From assembly GCA_965112155.1 (NCBI GenBank), contig OZ218099.1: DNA of 64,000 nucleotides. One strand, 5' to 3'. The translations under genes and the position numbers were made by a program. The notes under the pieces were generated by a model that made no database searches, was not told the DNA's origin, and saw only the letters and a program-made list of their open reading frames with translations. The stretch is from Podarcis liolepis (taxonomy: Eukaryota). Positions 14,301 to 27,924 of the stretch are shown piece by piece. Each line of letters starts with the position of its first letter. Position 1 is the first letter of the stretch.

Positions 14301-17300
14301 CCTAATTCAACTCAGGTGACCAAACGCACCAAATTTTCAGCCTTCACCCACCCACCCAGTACCAATAAACTCAGTTGCTATCTCAAGTCTAGGTTGAAGT
14401 TGAGAGAGAGGCTATTGCGGAACATACCAAGCCTGATCCTACCCATTCCCTGAGAGTGCAAATAAGGGGAGGAGAGGGGATGTAATGAAGTTTTTAATTA
14501 AAATTTAAAATGTGTGTGTGTGCGTGTATATATATATATGTTGTTACAATCTAATTCTTGTGCCCCAGTGGGGCACTGTATAGTTAACAGAAAGAGCTCA
14601 AACCAGTATCACATACGGTTTTTACACAACCAGTGGAAAATACCAAATGGATAAAATTTCAAACATTTCTCATCAAGCAGAACAATCATTTGAAGCCTAT
14701 ATACATCTCAGATTGCTTTGTAATTTTGTTTTTATCCTTTTTAATTATTTTTAATTAAAGAGGAGGAAGAGAAGACGACAAGACGACAATAAAAATATAA
14801 TGGAAAAACACCTAGGGATTCCCGAGATCTCTCTGGATCCATAGGACCTGTGGGCTGTTGCATGACTGTGCTAGAGTTTAGTCTGAGTTGAACTTTTTTT
14901 AAAAGAAAAAAAATGCAAGTGTTGAATACTAGAGGTTTGTTTAGACCTTTTTATTTTTGAAATTTTGGAATTAATTTGCCACTTCTTGTATAAGAAAAAA
15001 AAAGAATTAACTGTTTATTTCTGGAAAAAAATGGTACTCAGAAGCCTTAAAGGACAGCTAAGTGTTTCTACACACAAAAGATACTGTAATATTTTACAGG
15101 TTCCCCTCCTTGGACTTTGCTTCAAGTGTACTTGGAAGCATAAATCATTACATGATTGACACTTAAAAGAGATAGAGGCTCGATCTTTCGGCTTGATGTA
15201 AGTCAGCACCATTTTATGAAAAACTAAAGTGCCATCCTGACTTTTTAGAAGCAAATGACAAAATCCCCCTCTGTTGATTGCATAGAGAGCAAACGTTTGA
15301 CTGGAAAATGCCATATACCAGTTCTCTAGAGCCACTCACTTATCTTATCCAGGTATCTCAGCAATAACACATTGGGAGACTTCACTATAAAAATAGCATT
15401 CAGTGGGTTACCTCAAGTGAACAACTTTTATCTTTTCCGATAAAAACTCAACAAAGTGCATTAGAAGTTGGCTTAATTTGAAGGGCCTGCAGAATGCAAG
15501 TTGGCTTGTTCAGTCTTCAGGACTGGCCTTTAGAAAGACCTAGCTAATTGCATCCTATCTTCCCAGTTCCTAGCCTTCAGTGAACCAAGTCATCTCCATA
15601 TGGGCCTTGGCAGCAGGGGGGTGGGGGGAAGAGTTCTTAGCCTAATGCTTAGCAGAATTGTAGATATTTCACTTGCCACTAGGGATGTTTGTGGAGTGGA
15701 GGAATACTTTCCCTGTGTCCAGACTCTCTGCACAGTGGACAGGCCGCCAGCTGAAATAACTGGAAAGCAACAGCTAAATCAGCTCCCGTGCAAATACTTC
15801 AGGTTGATACAGTTTGTGATTCAGTCTGTCAGGATGCAAGCTTTCTGGACAGTTCATATTTAATTTTTTTGTACAGAATCCCAGTGGAATCTCAGCAGCA
15901 GCAGCATAAGGGGCACACAGGCAAGCACCAAGATGGCAAGGCTCAGTGCTTTTTTTCTGGGAGTACTCAAGGGTATACTGGCACCTCCCCCCCCCCACCT
16001 AAAAGTAAAGCACCGCTTAAAATTGTGGCACTTCATGGTGAGTACTGGTTCCTTTTTTTCCTAGAAGAAAAGCACTGTTTAAGCTTAAATTGGACATCTT
16101 GGCAAACAGATTTCCATACGCCTTCAACCCACAGAAATTGGGGTAAATCATAAATATGTTGTCACCTCCCCCATTTTCGGTGCTTGTGCATGGGTGTGTA
16201 ATTGCCAACACTAAAATGCCTACTGGTGGTCTGCACACCACGCAGAGTTGGGCTTCCTTTGCCTCTGGCACTGCCTTCGCCAGTCACAATTCTGCCACAG
16301 AAACCAAGCCAGTGACTTTGCAGACAATGCCTGGGGCAGAAGAGAAACTCAGTGGCTTCTCCCCAAGGCACTGATCAGAGACAAAGCAGATAACAGACAA
16401 GCAGCGAGTCCAAATTTTCATCTTTCTCACCCCAGTGCCTGCAATTCCACTGAAATCAACAGGATTTTTTTTTTTTTTTTTGTCAGCAGACACTTGTCCA
16501 CTGTGTTAAAAAGATTTACAATCTGGCTCACACCTAGAGGATCTTTTTTCTTCCTTTCTTGGGCAGTTTTAATCTTAGTTGCTTCCATATTAGCCACTTT
16601 CCCCGGAATCGCCTTCCCTTGTTCATTTGCTCGTTATGGAACATTCAGACAGCATCGTTCTTAAATCACTGCATTCCGGTCTTTCCTGTCTTGTCCTGTG
16701 TCTCTCCCCCCACCCCAATACTGATTCATGGCATAAATTTGGGTAATGAAACGCAATTGGATCACCAGCCTGTACTGCAGAGCTAGGCAAAATGTTGGGA
16801 GTTCCTGTGCCCTTAATTTAAGTTTTATCTTGTTTGCAGATCTTGCCCATTTTATATCTTTCTCTTGATCATGGCTGGAGCGTTAGTGATGAATAATTGC
16901 TTAATTGCCTCTTATTTATTTATTTATTTATTTATTTGGGGGGGGGGAGGGACAATCAGCAGTGACTTCCTCTCATCATTTTCCTTCCCATAGTGGAAAT
17001 CACCAATAGAATCACATACACAATTGAAATTGGGGCAGTTAATAAACCATTAATCACTAATTTTCCTATCCAGAAGCAATAAAACAGGCAAAGATAAAAC
17101 TCTTAATTAATGTTGCTGTGACCCTTTGCTAAATAGGCTTTACATAGGAGCAAACATTAAGGAAGGATGGGGGGTGTGCACAGAAAGACATTGAGAGATA
17201 ACGTTAACACTAACCTCTTGTTTTAGTTCAGCTTCCAGCTAAATACAGTGCCTGAGCAGTGCTTAAGGGTTTGTAGCATGGAAGCAAACCCGTATGTTAC

Positions 17301-17955
17301 TCTTCATTGGGTTGTACACATCCACATCTATCCATGCAAAGACACACCTGGGGACTTCCGTGGCAATGTCAAATCTCCTGACGTTTCCGACTTCTGCAGG
17401 ACTTTGAATATGATGTGCCATTGGTACTAAGCTCTTTTGCTATGCATTTTGATGCTCAGACGATCACCTGAAAAGCAAAACCTATAAGCCATTAACACTT
17501 TGGGAGAGGAGAGCATAACTTATCTTATGTTCACTAATTATTGATCTGGCATGAATTGCAGCAGAAAAAGAAATTCTTCAAAAACAAAAGGGCAGGGATA
17601 TAATGTGGTAAGGCGGTTACAGGGAAAAGGCTTGGCTGATTTGGAACAATCTGTCAACCAGATATATTTTTGTTACAGCTGTATTGGCATAGGGCCAGCT
17701 GAATAGGTTGACATTTTCTGCTTTGCCGTAGTAACATTCGTGTGGCAAAGGATTTCTAAGAGCACTTGCAGTCAGGAGCAGGTGACTTATTTTTTTCTTA
17801 AGAAAAAAAAGGTTTGCAACCTTTATAGCTTCATAATTTTCTCTGGTTTTCATCCAAGCATCACCAATCCATTCCCACCAACATTATGTGAGATCCCTTA
17901 ACCACAATGCCACTATTCAATGTATTAGTTACTTCTAAATAAGGTCTCCATGACT

Positions 17956-19430
17956 CATAGAATCGTAGAGTTGGATCATCTAGTTCTAGTTCAACCTCTA
18001 CAATGCAAGAATCTCAACTAAAGCATCCATGACAGATGGCCATTCAACCTCTGCTTAAAAACCTCCAATGAAGGAGAGTCCACCACCTTCCAAGGGAGTC
18101 AGATCCACTGTCAAACAGCTCTTACTGTCAGAAAGTTTTTCCGTTATGTTTAGTTGGAATCTCCTTTCTTGTCCTACCCTCCAGAGCAGGAGGAAACACG
18201 CTTACTCCATCTTCCATGTGACAGCCATTTAGATATTTGAGGATGGCTATCATTTTTCCTCTCAATCTCCTCTTTTCTAGGCTAAACATGCATAGCTCCC
18301 TCAACCATTCCTCTAAGACTTAGCTTCCAGACCCTTGATCATCTTGGTCACCCTCCTCTGCACACATTCCAGATGTCAGAATCCTTAAACTGTGGTGCCC
18401 AGAACTGGACACAGTACTCCAGGTGTGGTCTGGCCAAGGCAGAACAAAGCGGTACTATTACTTCCCTTGATCTGAACACAATACTTTTGTTGATGCAGCC
18501 TAGACTAGCATTAGCTTTTTTTGCTGCTGCATCACACTGTTGACCCATAGAGTTGGAAGCATGTTAAACTTGTCCTCTACTAAAACCCCTAGATCCTTTT
18601 CAGATGTACTACTGGCAAGCCAGGTGTTCCTCATCTTATATTTGTGCAGCTGGTTCTTCCTACCTAAGTGTAGAACCTTACATGTTAGTTTGGGCCTGGC
18701 TCTCTAATCTGTTAAAGTCATTTTGAATCCCGATTCTGTCTTCTGTGGCATTAGCTACTTGTCGCAGTTTTGTGTCATGTGCAAATTTGATGAGTATCCC
18801 CTAAATTATGGGTAGGCAAACTTATGTCCACAGGCTGGATCAGGCCCAATTGCCTTCTGGATCAGGCCTGCGGACGGTCCGGGAATCGTCGCGTAGATCG
18901 CCAGCGCACATGTTCTTTCCCTCCCTCTCCCTCACATGGCAGTGGCGGCGGCGCTTCCTCCCTCCCTCCTCCTGGCTTCTCCCCGCCCTGCATAGAGAAG
19001 GCTGGGCTTTGTTGGTGCCATCAGGAGCAGTGCTCAAGCGGCCACCATTTTAAGCAGCCCCTCTCCAGAGCCCTTTTGCGCACTGCTCATCGTCCCTCCA
19101 CCGCCGCCATCCCCTGCCACTTGCCAGACACAGGTAAGCAGCCACCAGGGCTCATGGTCTCTTGTATCACCCCCCCAAATATAGTCTGGGCCCCCCACAA
19201 GGTCTGAGGGACAGTGGACCGGTCCCCTGCTGAAAAAGCTTGCTGACCCCTGCCCTAAATTCTTTCATCTAAGTAATTTATAAAGAACTCTGGCACCTCA
19301 CGCCAGTCTTTTCCAGGTTGATTAGGAACTATTAGTAAGCACTCTTTGAGTTGGGTCAGTCAACCAGCTACAAATCCACCTAACAGCTACCTCATCCAAC
19401 CCACATGTTACCAGCTTCCCCACAAGAATA
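17956..19430 (-). mobile_element. Truncated CR1 LINE interrupted by a hAT MITE
   Basis: ORF 18348-18548 has [16 protein letters not shown]...[15 protein letters not shown], typical of CR1 ORF2; 3' tail attctatg at about 17956. Confidence 0.9.
18807..19252. mobile_element. hAT MITE nested in CR1
   Basis: 8-bp TSD ccctaaat (18799-18806, 19253-19260); degenerate TIR tatgggtaggcaaact / agcttgctgacccctg. Confidence 0.85.
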
Positions 19431-20261
19431 CTTTTAAGTATTCCCTGAGAAACGGTGCGTGTGAAATGTACCTTCTCTTTTTCAGGTGCTACTTTCACGT
19501 TCCTCTATCCATTGTTAAAAATGCTTAATCATACAACCCCTGCTCCGTCAGCCCCCTACCACCACCACCCTGTGCCCTTAAACACTGGTGCTATCTGAGG
19601 CCAGGATACGCTAGGAATAGGGACTGAAGGAACACGTCAGCTATTGAAGGCTTAGTTTTAGAGGGTATCTCAATGGAAATGTCAAATAATCTGGTTTCAA
19701 AAATACACAGCTCTTCGGAGAAAATGGTTTGAGTCAGCTAATAAGGAAGTGTCTGGTGTTTTCTTTATTTCTTTAAACTCTATGTTAGTGACATCCCCAG
19801 TTCCTTGGACTCTTAACAGTTTAGGGATAGTCTAATGAAAGGGCTGGTGCATTCGTCAGGATGGTGAGCCAGACCTTCCCCTGCCCTGCCCTGCCCCGCC
19901 CCCATTGCAGCTTTTTTTAATGGAGCACTATTAATCCCCCCCCCCAGAAAATGTGTTTAAAACACGTACAAGCCTTGCAAGGCCTGCCACTCTCTCTTCT
20001 TTCAAAGGAATGTCAAGTCCACAGTTAGCTGTCCTTTAAGTAAAGGGGAAGGGGGTTGGCATGGGAGGGGTGGAGCAGAGAAAACAATAAGAAACAAAGA
20101 ATTTTAATAGTAAAATAAAAAAATAAAAATAAAATGATGAAAACTTTATGTGATTGTTTCAGACTTGAAGCAACTGTGCCAGTGTGGCAGGTCGGCACCC
20201 TTTGATTGTGTAAATATCCTGCTATTTCCTATTTTAATGTTCTTCAGATTTAGTACTTGTA

Positions 20262-20330
20262 AATAAACACGCGCATCAAGGAGAGATTAAACATTTTTGC
20301 TATATAACTTGTCTTGTCTGACTTTGTGAG
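20262..20330 (+). terminator. Candidate polyadenylation signal cluster for PLXNA1
   Basis: AATAAA 20262-20267 and ATTAAA 20286-20291, followed by a GT/T-rich downstream element (cttgtcttgtctgactttgtg). Confidence 0.55.
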
Positions 20331-20761
20331 TTCCAGGTTTGGTGCAGAGGGAGGAGGGAAGATGGAAGGGGCAGCTGTGCATTGCTGTGCATGCTTCTAC
20401 AGCCCTGCTTGGACTTGACCACAACCCATCTTACCCCCCTGCCCCGTTCAATCACTTTATGTGAGCTTCAGCACTAGATTTCTGCACCTTCACCACATAC
20501 TATATTCAACATCATGGGCCACCTTTTCAGTTGTGCTTGGCTCCCATGTATGTAGAATGTCTTAACCACCCAGTGGCCCAGCAGGAGCTGGGGTTATTGC
20601 TTTCCTGAGTTTCCTAGCACGGAAACTAAACCATCTCCCATCTCCCACCTTACGCTGCCCTCTTTTAGAAGTGACAGCCTTGTATTGAGGTGCCTGCAGG
20701 TGTAAGGTGCAGAAAAAAATGTGTTCCTGCAAAACTCTGGTTAAGACTATCCTATAGTTCA

Positions 20762-20793
20762 GTCGGACACGACTGAACGACTAAACAACAACA
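20762..20793 (+). mobile_element. Extremely 5'-truncated Bov-B (RTE) 3' end
   Basis: gtcggacacgactgaacgactaaacaacaaca flanked by the duplication atagttca (20754-20761, 20794-20801). Confidence 0.75.
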
Positions 20794-20981
20794 ATAGTTC
20801 ATCTAGCTCGGTATTGTGTGAAAGACCAAAGGAGCATAGAAAACCACACCAGCCAAAATCTTCATTTCCTAGTAACCAGCCTAGCTCTTTTGGGTGCAGA
20901 TTCGAAAGCTTTGAGCTGCCCTGCTGCAGAACCTTCAGCCACAGCCCTGTTCACTGTACTGTGGCAGCTCAAGACCTAGTG

Positions 20982-21312
20982 CAGGGGTCTGCAACCTTTA
21001 AGACAAAAAGAGCCACTTGGACCCGTTTCCGAAGGGGGAAAAAACTGGGAGCCGCAAAACCACTGCGACATTTAAAACAAATATATCTCCGGAGCCGCGA
21101 TCTGACAGCGGGCGGAAAGGTGACGTTGTGACGGTGCGTGACTAACGCATGCACCGCCCCCATGCGACGTCACAGCCAGTACAGCGCCCGCCACAGTGGG
21201 GAGTGTCGGGCGCACAATGCGCCTCCTCCCCTCGCTAGTATCCGCCCCAGAGCCGCAGCAAAGGTGTAAAAGAGCCACATGCGGCTCCGGAGCCGCGGGT
21301 TGCAGACCCCTG
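20982..21312. mobile_element. hAT MITE, young and CpG-rich
   Basis: Perfect TIR caggggtctgcaacc / ggttgcagacccctg and TSD acctagtg on both sides. Confidence 0.93.
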
Positions 21313-22377
21313 ACCTAGTGCTTGGTCACAGCATCCCTAGAGCTGGCAGAATACAGGCTGGTTGGAGTTAAGAGTCTGCATAACAGGTTCTGCAGCTTCT
21401 TCATCCTTGTTCTAAAAAAAAAAAAGTGAAGGGGAACTGGAGTAAAACTGCTTTACAGCAACATAGGACTGGGTGTCTGCTGGTTTGCCCAGCACTGGCT
21501 GTGAGCATGTTCTAATGTTTGAGAGCTCCTTAGAGCGCTGAGCTAGATGAGCCTTCTTAACTGCTGTGTCCCTTTTAATCCAAGTCCATTAAGATGCAAT
21601 CCAGAAAATGGATCTTAAATGTTGCACCTGTGCTTGGTGCTGCCATGATAATGTCACTATCACAACTCAGCTTGGACATGCTTGACCCACAACCTCGCCT
21701 GGCAAATTTAGTCCTGTGCACTGGCCTCCATTTGCTTCCTGACACTGCAAGCCTTAATAGCTCCCCCTCACTTATCCTCCTTGCATCACTGAGCAATGTT
21801 CTGCCTTCTCATGCTCTCCTACTGCTACAGAGCTGCTGCACCACCTGCCATGACAATGACATAACCCAATCTGGATGTTGAGAGGATGGGTTGGTCAAAA
21901 CAAGCAAAGTAACGATGGCAGCTCTTAAACATGAAAAAGCAATATGGGCTATTGGGACGGGAGAAGTGGCAACAATTGAGAGATGTGGATGTTGCATCTT
22001 CGACTCCAATATTGCATAAACTTTGGAGATGGTGTCATAGACATCTACTCTACATCCAATGTGCAAAGGCCATTGTGCTCCTTTTTTATTCTTTTGCCAT
22101 AGCAATCCTTATTCCCATTTTACAGATTATGAAACTGAGGCAAATAAGTAAATATTGGCCCCTTTACTTTGGTCACTTAGCTACACCTTTTTTTAGTACA
22201 GTGTCAAGTATGTGCCCCACTGGGGCTATTCTCAGGTTCTTATGAATTTGTAAAATGAGGCTAATGCTGCCGAGGCCTCATGACACTCCTGTCTGCTTGG
22301 AGGCAGTAAGGAATGCAATTGACCACTTAACTAGGGAAGTGAGAGGGACATGAAATAATTTGATCAACCCCATATAG

Positions 22378-22534
22378 CATGTGTAAGGTAAAGCATACCC
22401 CTAAACATTTTGTGAACCTTTGTACTTTTGTCCATTTACTGTATTTATTTCCCCCCATTTGAACTATAAAATGGTGATTTTCTTGAGTCAAAATGAGAGT
22501 ACCCCTAAACATTTTTTTAAGAAAAAAAGCATTA
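22378..22534. repeat. Unclassified short interspersed repeat with internal direct repeat
   Basis: tacccctaaacatttt occurs twice about 100 bp apart; resembles a lizard MITE-like family (recall only). Confidence 0.4.
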
Positions 22535-23316
22535 TGCAAAGCCATAGCTCATGACCTCTTCCACAAAACAGAAATGACTTTCTATGAACATACTAGCAAC
22601 TGAGGAAAGTCTTGGGAGTGCAGAAGAGTTGGGCCATAAAGATTATTCCGTCTTCTGAGGTAACATGTAACCAATCAACACTATGTAACTGGGGAGAGAG
22701 GCCTGCTTTGGCCCAGATATAGTGGGGGCATTAGAGAGTGGCCAGGTGTGTTACTTCAATTTCTACCCAACCCAGGTGCTGATGAGAAAGGCCTGATGAG
22801 AAAGGATGTACTTTTAGATCAAGACCTGATATTGACAGGTAATCCCTGAGTAGAAACAAATTATCTCTGGTGATTGCCTTAGCAAAAAGCCTGCAAGCAC
22901 ACATTCTCTTTCCCTCTCCTCAAGGCCAACATCGAAATTCACCCCCGCAACCACCTCTCTCCTTCTATTGTTTGTCATTGTTGTGGCACCCCCTGCGGCG
23001 CCTTCTCAGCTCAGCAACTAGTGTGGGCAAACTAGTTGCACGCCCCCAAATCTGCCTTTGTATTGAGAAACTGGTTATCTGATAGCAGCCATGTGGCAGC
23101 TGTTAATCTATAGAAGGAGGAGCCAAATGTCCTCTCCAATTATTGGACAACTCCCTTCAGCTCCTGCCAGCTTGGTCCAATGATCAGGGATGACAGGAGC
23201 TGTAGTACAACATCTGTAGGGCATCGTGTTGACTCTCCCTGCAATACAGAGTGCAAGGTGAGGGGGGCAGGTCTTGCCTTACATATGTATAAGAGAAGCG
23301 ACCAAGGCACCTAGTG

Positions 23317-23812
23317 CAGAAGCTTTCAACCTTTTGGGGTCCACAGCTCCCTTGACAAACTACATTCTTTCTATGGCACCCCTGTGGGGCTCAGGAGCCC
23401 AGTTACGTCACCTCTTGCCTGCAGAGTTGGCAGCCTCTCACCCTTTTTCAAACCCCCTCCCTTGTAGAGTGTGCCCTCAGCCTCCTCTCCTCTCCCCTTG
23501 GGAGTCCTCTGGGCAGCCGCAGCTGTCGCCCCGGTCTCTGAGCTGCTTCTCCTGCCCCAAAGAGAGGTGCCTCCTCACACTGCCCGACGGGGGTCTGAGA
23601 GGTACCCCCAGAGGCATCATTCACCTGGGGAGCTTGTAGCCAGGGCTCCTGCAACAAGCAGCAGTGCAAGCCTTTGGGAGGCAGAGATGCGAGAGGGCAT
23701 CAGAGGAGGGAGGGAAGGAGAGAGGGACAGAGGCCAGTGTTGCCTGCAGCAGCACCCCGACCTTCATTCAAGGCACCCCAGGGTGCCACAGCACACTGGT
23801 TGAAAACCACTG
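23317..23812. mobile_element. hAT MITE
   Basis: TSD acctagtg / acctagcg; degenerate TIR cagaagctttcaacc / ggttgaaaaccactg. Confidence 0.82.
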
Positions 23813-25287
23813 ACCTAGCGTAATGATCAATGAATTCTAAACACTGTAGATGCCAAAATCTTGTAACTGGAATGAATTAAGGAATAAATTAAGCAAATAG
23901 ATTATGCTAATATGCTCGTGTTGATTTTTAAATTTATATATTATTTATTTTACACAAACATGTCAGTCAATAAGAAGTTGTTTTGAACTGTTTATCATAT
24001 GCATGTTTCTTGATCTCCATTTCACTCACCAACCTCCCTCCCCCCCGCCCTGCAACCATCCTTTCAACTTTGAAATTATGAGAACAATCTTCCATAAAAG
24101 TTCCACGCTATTAAGGACTTTGGAACTTGTTATGAATCTTTTATATGTTCAGCCACACACTCACATCTACTCATACTTCCACAGCCACAATAAAAGAGAA
24201 AATCAAATGAGCAAAAATGCAGTACAGAAGGAAATAATAAAGGAGAAAGTACAAGGGAAGAAAAATAATTGGGACAGGATGGGAAGGGGAAAAACAAATT
24301 CAAATTGTCCTTAACATTGCCTTCTTTTTAGGCTATGCATATGCTCACAAAACTTCTTCATACTTTCCCCTGTTTTACTACTTTTCCATTCCTTAGTTTA
24401 ATGTGCCACTTATTTCAGCCACCATGTCCACTGGCCTCTGACACCCAAATATTTAAAGTTTGTTTCCATGCATAATTTGTTTGCTCACTTTTTGCATGCA
24501 ACCTTTTTTAAATTTTTTTTGACAATAATGCACAATTTCCGCACCAGTTTTTCCAGTGTGGATAAGAAAAGTGCTATTGGAAGTTTTAAGGGCAACAGTT
24601 CCTTTAATTGAAAGCTTCTTGTTTGCTGGTTCTGTTTTATTTTATTGCTTCTGGGCTAGAATGGCTAGTTGGGGTTGTTGAGTTGATGAATAGTGTGATG
24701 AACCACACTGTTATTCAGTTTCTGTTCCCATAGAGGAGGGCTCTTTGATTGCGGGGAGAATAGATTTGTGTCATGCAAACCTTATTCCCCAGGGCATTTC
24801 CCCACCACTTTCATTTCCACAAAGAGCCTGATGGGGACAGAGGACAGGAAGCAGGTCTGCTTCGCAAGAGTGCCAAATCGACTTTTAATTGCCCAAATGC
24901 CCTAGAATCCCCCTGCAAAACACAGGCAGCCTGGAAGCGGTGCTAATGTTTAGTCCTGTCACTTGAACTGGAGTGCTGTTTCAAGAGGAGTGTGCTTCTG
25001 ATTCTGGTGCTTCCCATTGTCTGCCACCTGAGAGAGCAGCCTAACTCTGCTTTTAATGGGAGGGCCAGCCCCGCCAGAATGCCTTCTGCCCATCTCATTC
25101 AAGTATTGCAGTTTAACGTCATGGTATCCCCCCTTGCTCTGATGCTGTCCAAGCAGGACACCACTCTTTCCTCTGCTTGAGAGCAGGCCTTAACTTTCCG
25201 TGGGGAGGGGTGGGGAATGAAAGGCAGATTTGCCTATTTCATCACTAAGGTCTCCAATTTTTCAAGGGTGTTTTTATTAAATAGTTA

Positions 25288-25288
<1 letters not shown>

Positions 25289-25326
<38 letters not shown>
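25289..25326. repeat. (CA)n microsatellite
   Basis: Directly visible. Confidence 0.95.
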
Positions 25327-25329
<3 letters not shown>

Positions 25330-25938
25330 TGCACATATTTGATGTTGTTCCCTTGCTTTCAAAGCTCCCATGGTTTCTTGATCAGCTGGCAAAGGAAATA
25401 AATCAATTATATTGGGAGAGAGGCAAAAGCAGATGGGAGGGGGGTTAAATAATTGGCAAAGCTCACCGTCTGGTTACCAAGTGCTGGGATCAAAGAGGCC
25501 AATCATGGTCCTTCAAAGGAGGAGGCGGGATTAGGGGGTGGTGGGTCTTTAATGTGGCTCTGTGCAGCTTTTCTCTCTCTCTCTCTTCAGTCTTTGCTTT
25601 TCCTTGTTCATTAAACTCCGTAATCATAATGCTCCTCCCTGCTATTTCTCTCTGTGTGCCTTTACTAAAGTCAGCCTGTTCCAATCTCCTCCTTCCTATC
25701 GTCTGGGCAATTTCTTCTTCCCTTTCCCCACACTAGGAAATGGAAACTTACCACTGGGTGACTGTCTCCCTTTCACTTTTAAACCTACCTCAGATTTCTA
25801 CTCAATCCATTAAAAAAGCCCCAGACTTTAAAAAAAAGAAAGAGTTCAGCTGTCCTGGTCCAACTCATAAGGGGTGCCCATATTGGAAGAGGCCTCTTCT
25901 ACTAGGACTCCAGATCTCCACGATCCAATTTCCCAATA

Positions 25939-26291
25939 CAGTGGTGCCTCGCAAGACAAAATTAATTTGTTCCGCGAGTTTTTTCGTCTAGCGAATTTTT
26001 CGTCTTGCGAAGCACGTTGTCGGGAAAGTTTTGGAAAAGCTTCAAAAATCACCAAAGTCTTCAAAAACCTCAAAAAAGGCTACCACACCGCGTTCTATGA
26101 GTTGCTCCTCGAAGTCAAGTCGCAACTGTATTAACGGTGTTAAGAAAAAGGAAACAAACTTGCAAGACGTTTTCGTCTTGCGAAGCAAGCCCATAGGGAA
26201 ATTCGTCTTGCGAAGCAGCTCAAAAACGCAAAACCCTTTCGTCTAGCGAGTTTTTCTTCTTGCGAGGCATTCGTCTTGCGGGGCACCACTG
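25939..26291. mobile_element. Tc1/mariner-superfamily MITE, family A
   Basis: TIR cagtggtgcctcgcaagac / gtcttgcggggcaccactg with TA flanks; same TIR as 4537-4830. Confidence 0.9.
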
Positions 26292-26293
26292 TA

Positions 26294-26535
26294 CAGTGGT
26301 ACCTCGGGTTACATACGCTTCAGGTTACATACACTTCAGGTTACAGACTCCGCTAAACCAGAAGTAGTACCTCGGGTTAAGAACTTTGCTTCAGGATGAG
26401 AACAGAAATTGTGCTCCGGTGGCGCGGCAGCAGCAGGAGACCCCATTAGCTAAAGTGGTGCTTCAGGTTAAGAAAAGTTTCAGGTTAAGAATAGACCTCC
26501 AGAACAAATTAAGTACTTAACCCGAGGTACCACTG
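26294..26535. mobile_element. Tc1/mariner-superfamily MITE, family B
   Basis: TIR cagtggtacctcgggtta / taacccgaggtaccactg with TA flanks; homologous copies at 50916 and 57649. Confidence 0.92.
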
Positions 26536-27479
26536 TATATTTTGCTTACCTTAAATCAGTTTCAAAGGGTTAGAAGGTAATGATCCAATCAGAGCAGCTG
26601 AACCCTTTCCACCACCCTGCTGGGAAGTTTTTGCCTCTGCACAATGGGACATTGTTTAAATGGCTACACCCCCAAAGCAGCTGAAGCATGAAAAATGCAG
26701 ACCCCAGAGGTCACCCAGATCACTTGAGGTTTGGCCCTCAGAAACTTGTTCTGAACTCCCATCATCACAAGGTGCCGTTTCTCATCCTCGCTGCCTGCTC
26801 ATTTTGAGTGCTCCCCCCTCTGCAATACACCTTTACATTTCTGAAAGTGATAAGGCCCTCATACTGCAGTATCACCACCTCATTTTCACAGGGGGAGGTA
26901 TTTAGCAGAAACAGCCATCATGTGACAATTCGCATTCCTCACGGCACCTTCAAGCCAGCGTTTTCCCAGATGTGGGAAGCTAGGCGGTTTTAATTTAGGT
27001 GCTATTTTGGCCCAACACCTCCCCACATGAAAATGAGACGGGTAAGAAACCACATGCAAAATTAAGGTATAAATTGTCCCGATGAATGCACCTCTGGGTT
27101 GTTAAATAGCAATGCAACCACAAAAACCCTCTCATTAGCTTTCAGTGAATGAATTTCACATCGGCATTCGCACATAGCAGCCTCACCATGTGAGGTCTCA
27201 GAATGAATAAGTATGGAAGAATTAAAGAGAAACGCCAGTGCAATCTTACACAGGCCTATGCAAAAGTAATGCCTATTGAGTTCAGTGATAAGCGTGTCTC
27301 AGGTAAGCCTTCATGGTGATGTTTCTATGTAAAAAAACCCTACCTCAAAATCACCTTCAGCTGCCCAGCTTCCAAGTAAAATGAAAAAAAGGAAGCAGGG
27401 TAAAATCTGTTCATGATAGAGATGTTTCCTTCAGAATAATTTGAATCCTATTTGTGAATGATTCAGGATAAATTGTCCC

Positions 27480-27640
27480 TCTCTCATAGCACCAGAACTC
27501 ACAAATATCCAATGAAGCATAGCTAAACTATGGAACTCACTCCCACAGGATGCAGTAAAGGCTATCAACCAGGATGGCTTTAAAAGAGAACTAGACAAAT
27601 TCATGGAGGAGAGGGCCATTGAAGGCCACCAGCCAGGACT
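27480..27640 (+). mobile_element. CR1 3' fragment
   Basis: tggaactcactcccacagga...gatggctttaaaagagaactagacaaattcatggagg; similar to 54360-54450. Confidence 0.7.
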
Positions 27641-27924
27641 CAGTCCCGTTACTTCTCCTAAACATGTAGGATATGCCACAACTAGGCACATCAGCTAGGC
27701 AAATAATGCTAAATAAGCCGGTTCTTAGAATTTCAAGCTGGGTTTACAGAATATCAAATGTAAGGTTGCCTCTCCCCAGTTTTCCATGAGGGAAAAATAG
27801 TTCCCCTACCCTAATAATCCCCCACCTTTACCTTGTGTACCAGGAAGAGGGAGTATTGGCAGATCTAGGAAGGTCCACCAGTCAGGAAATGACAACATGT
27901 GTGGCATCAGTCCAGGACATCTTG

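Larger units (their letters stand above)
11338..20305 (+). other. PLXNA1: Putative long (~9 kb) PLXNA1 3' UTR
   Basis: Starts after the stop codon; largely repeat-poor with AU-rich blocks. The end is inferred from paired poly(A) signals at 20262 and 20286. Earlier AATAAA hexamers could give shorter isoforms. Confidence 0.5.

Noticed and set aside
25939-26535. Recurring ttcgtcttgcga and cttcaggtta motifs resembling a CRISPR-like array
   Set aside because: They are internal subterminal repeats of TA-flanked MITEs with irregular spacing, in eukaryotic DNA.
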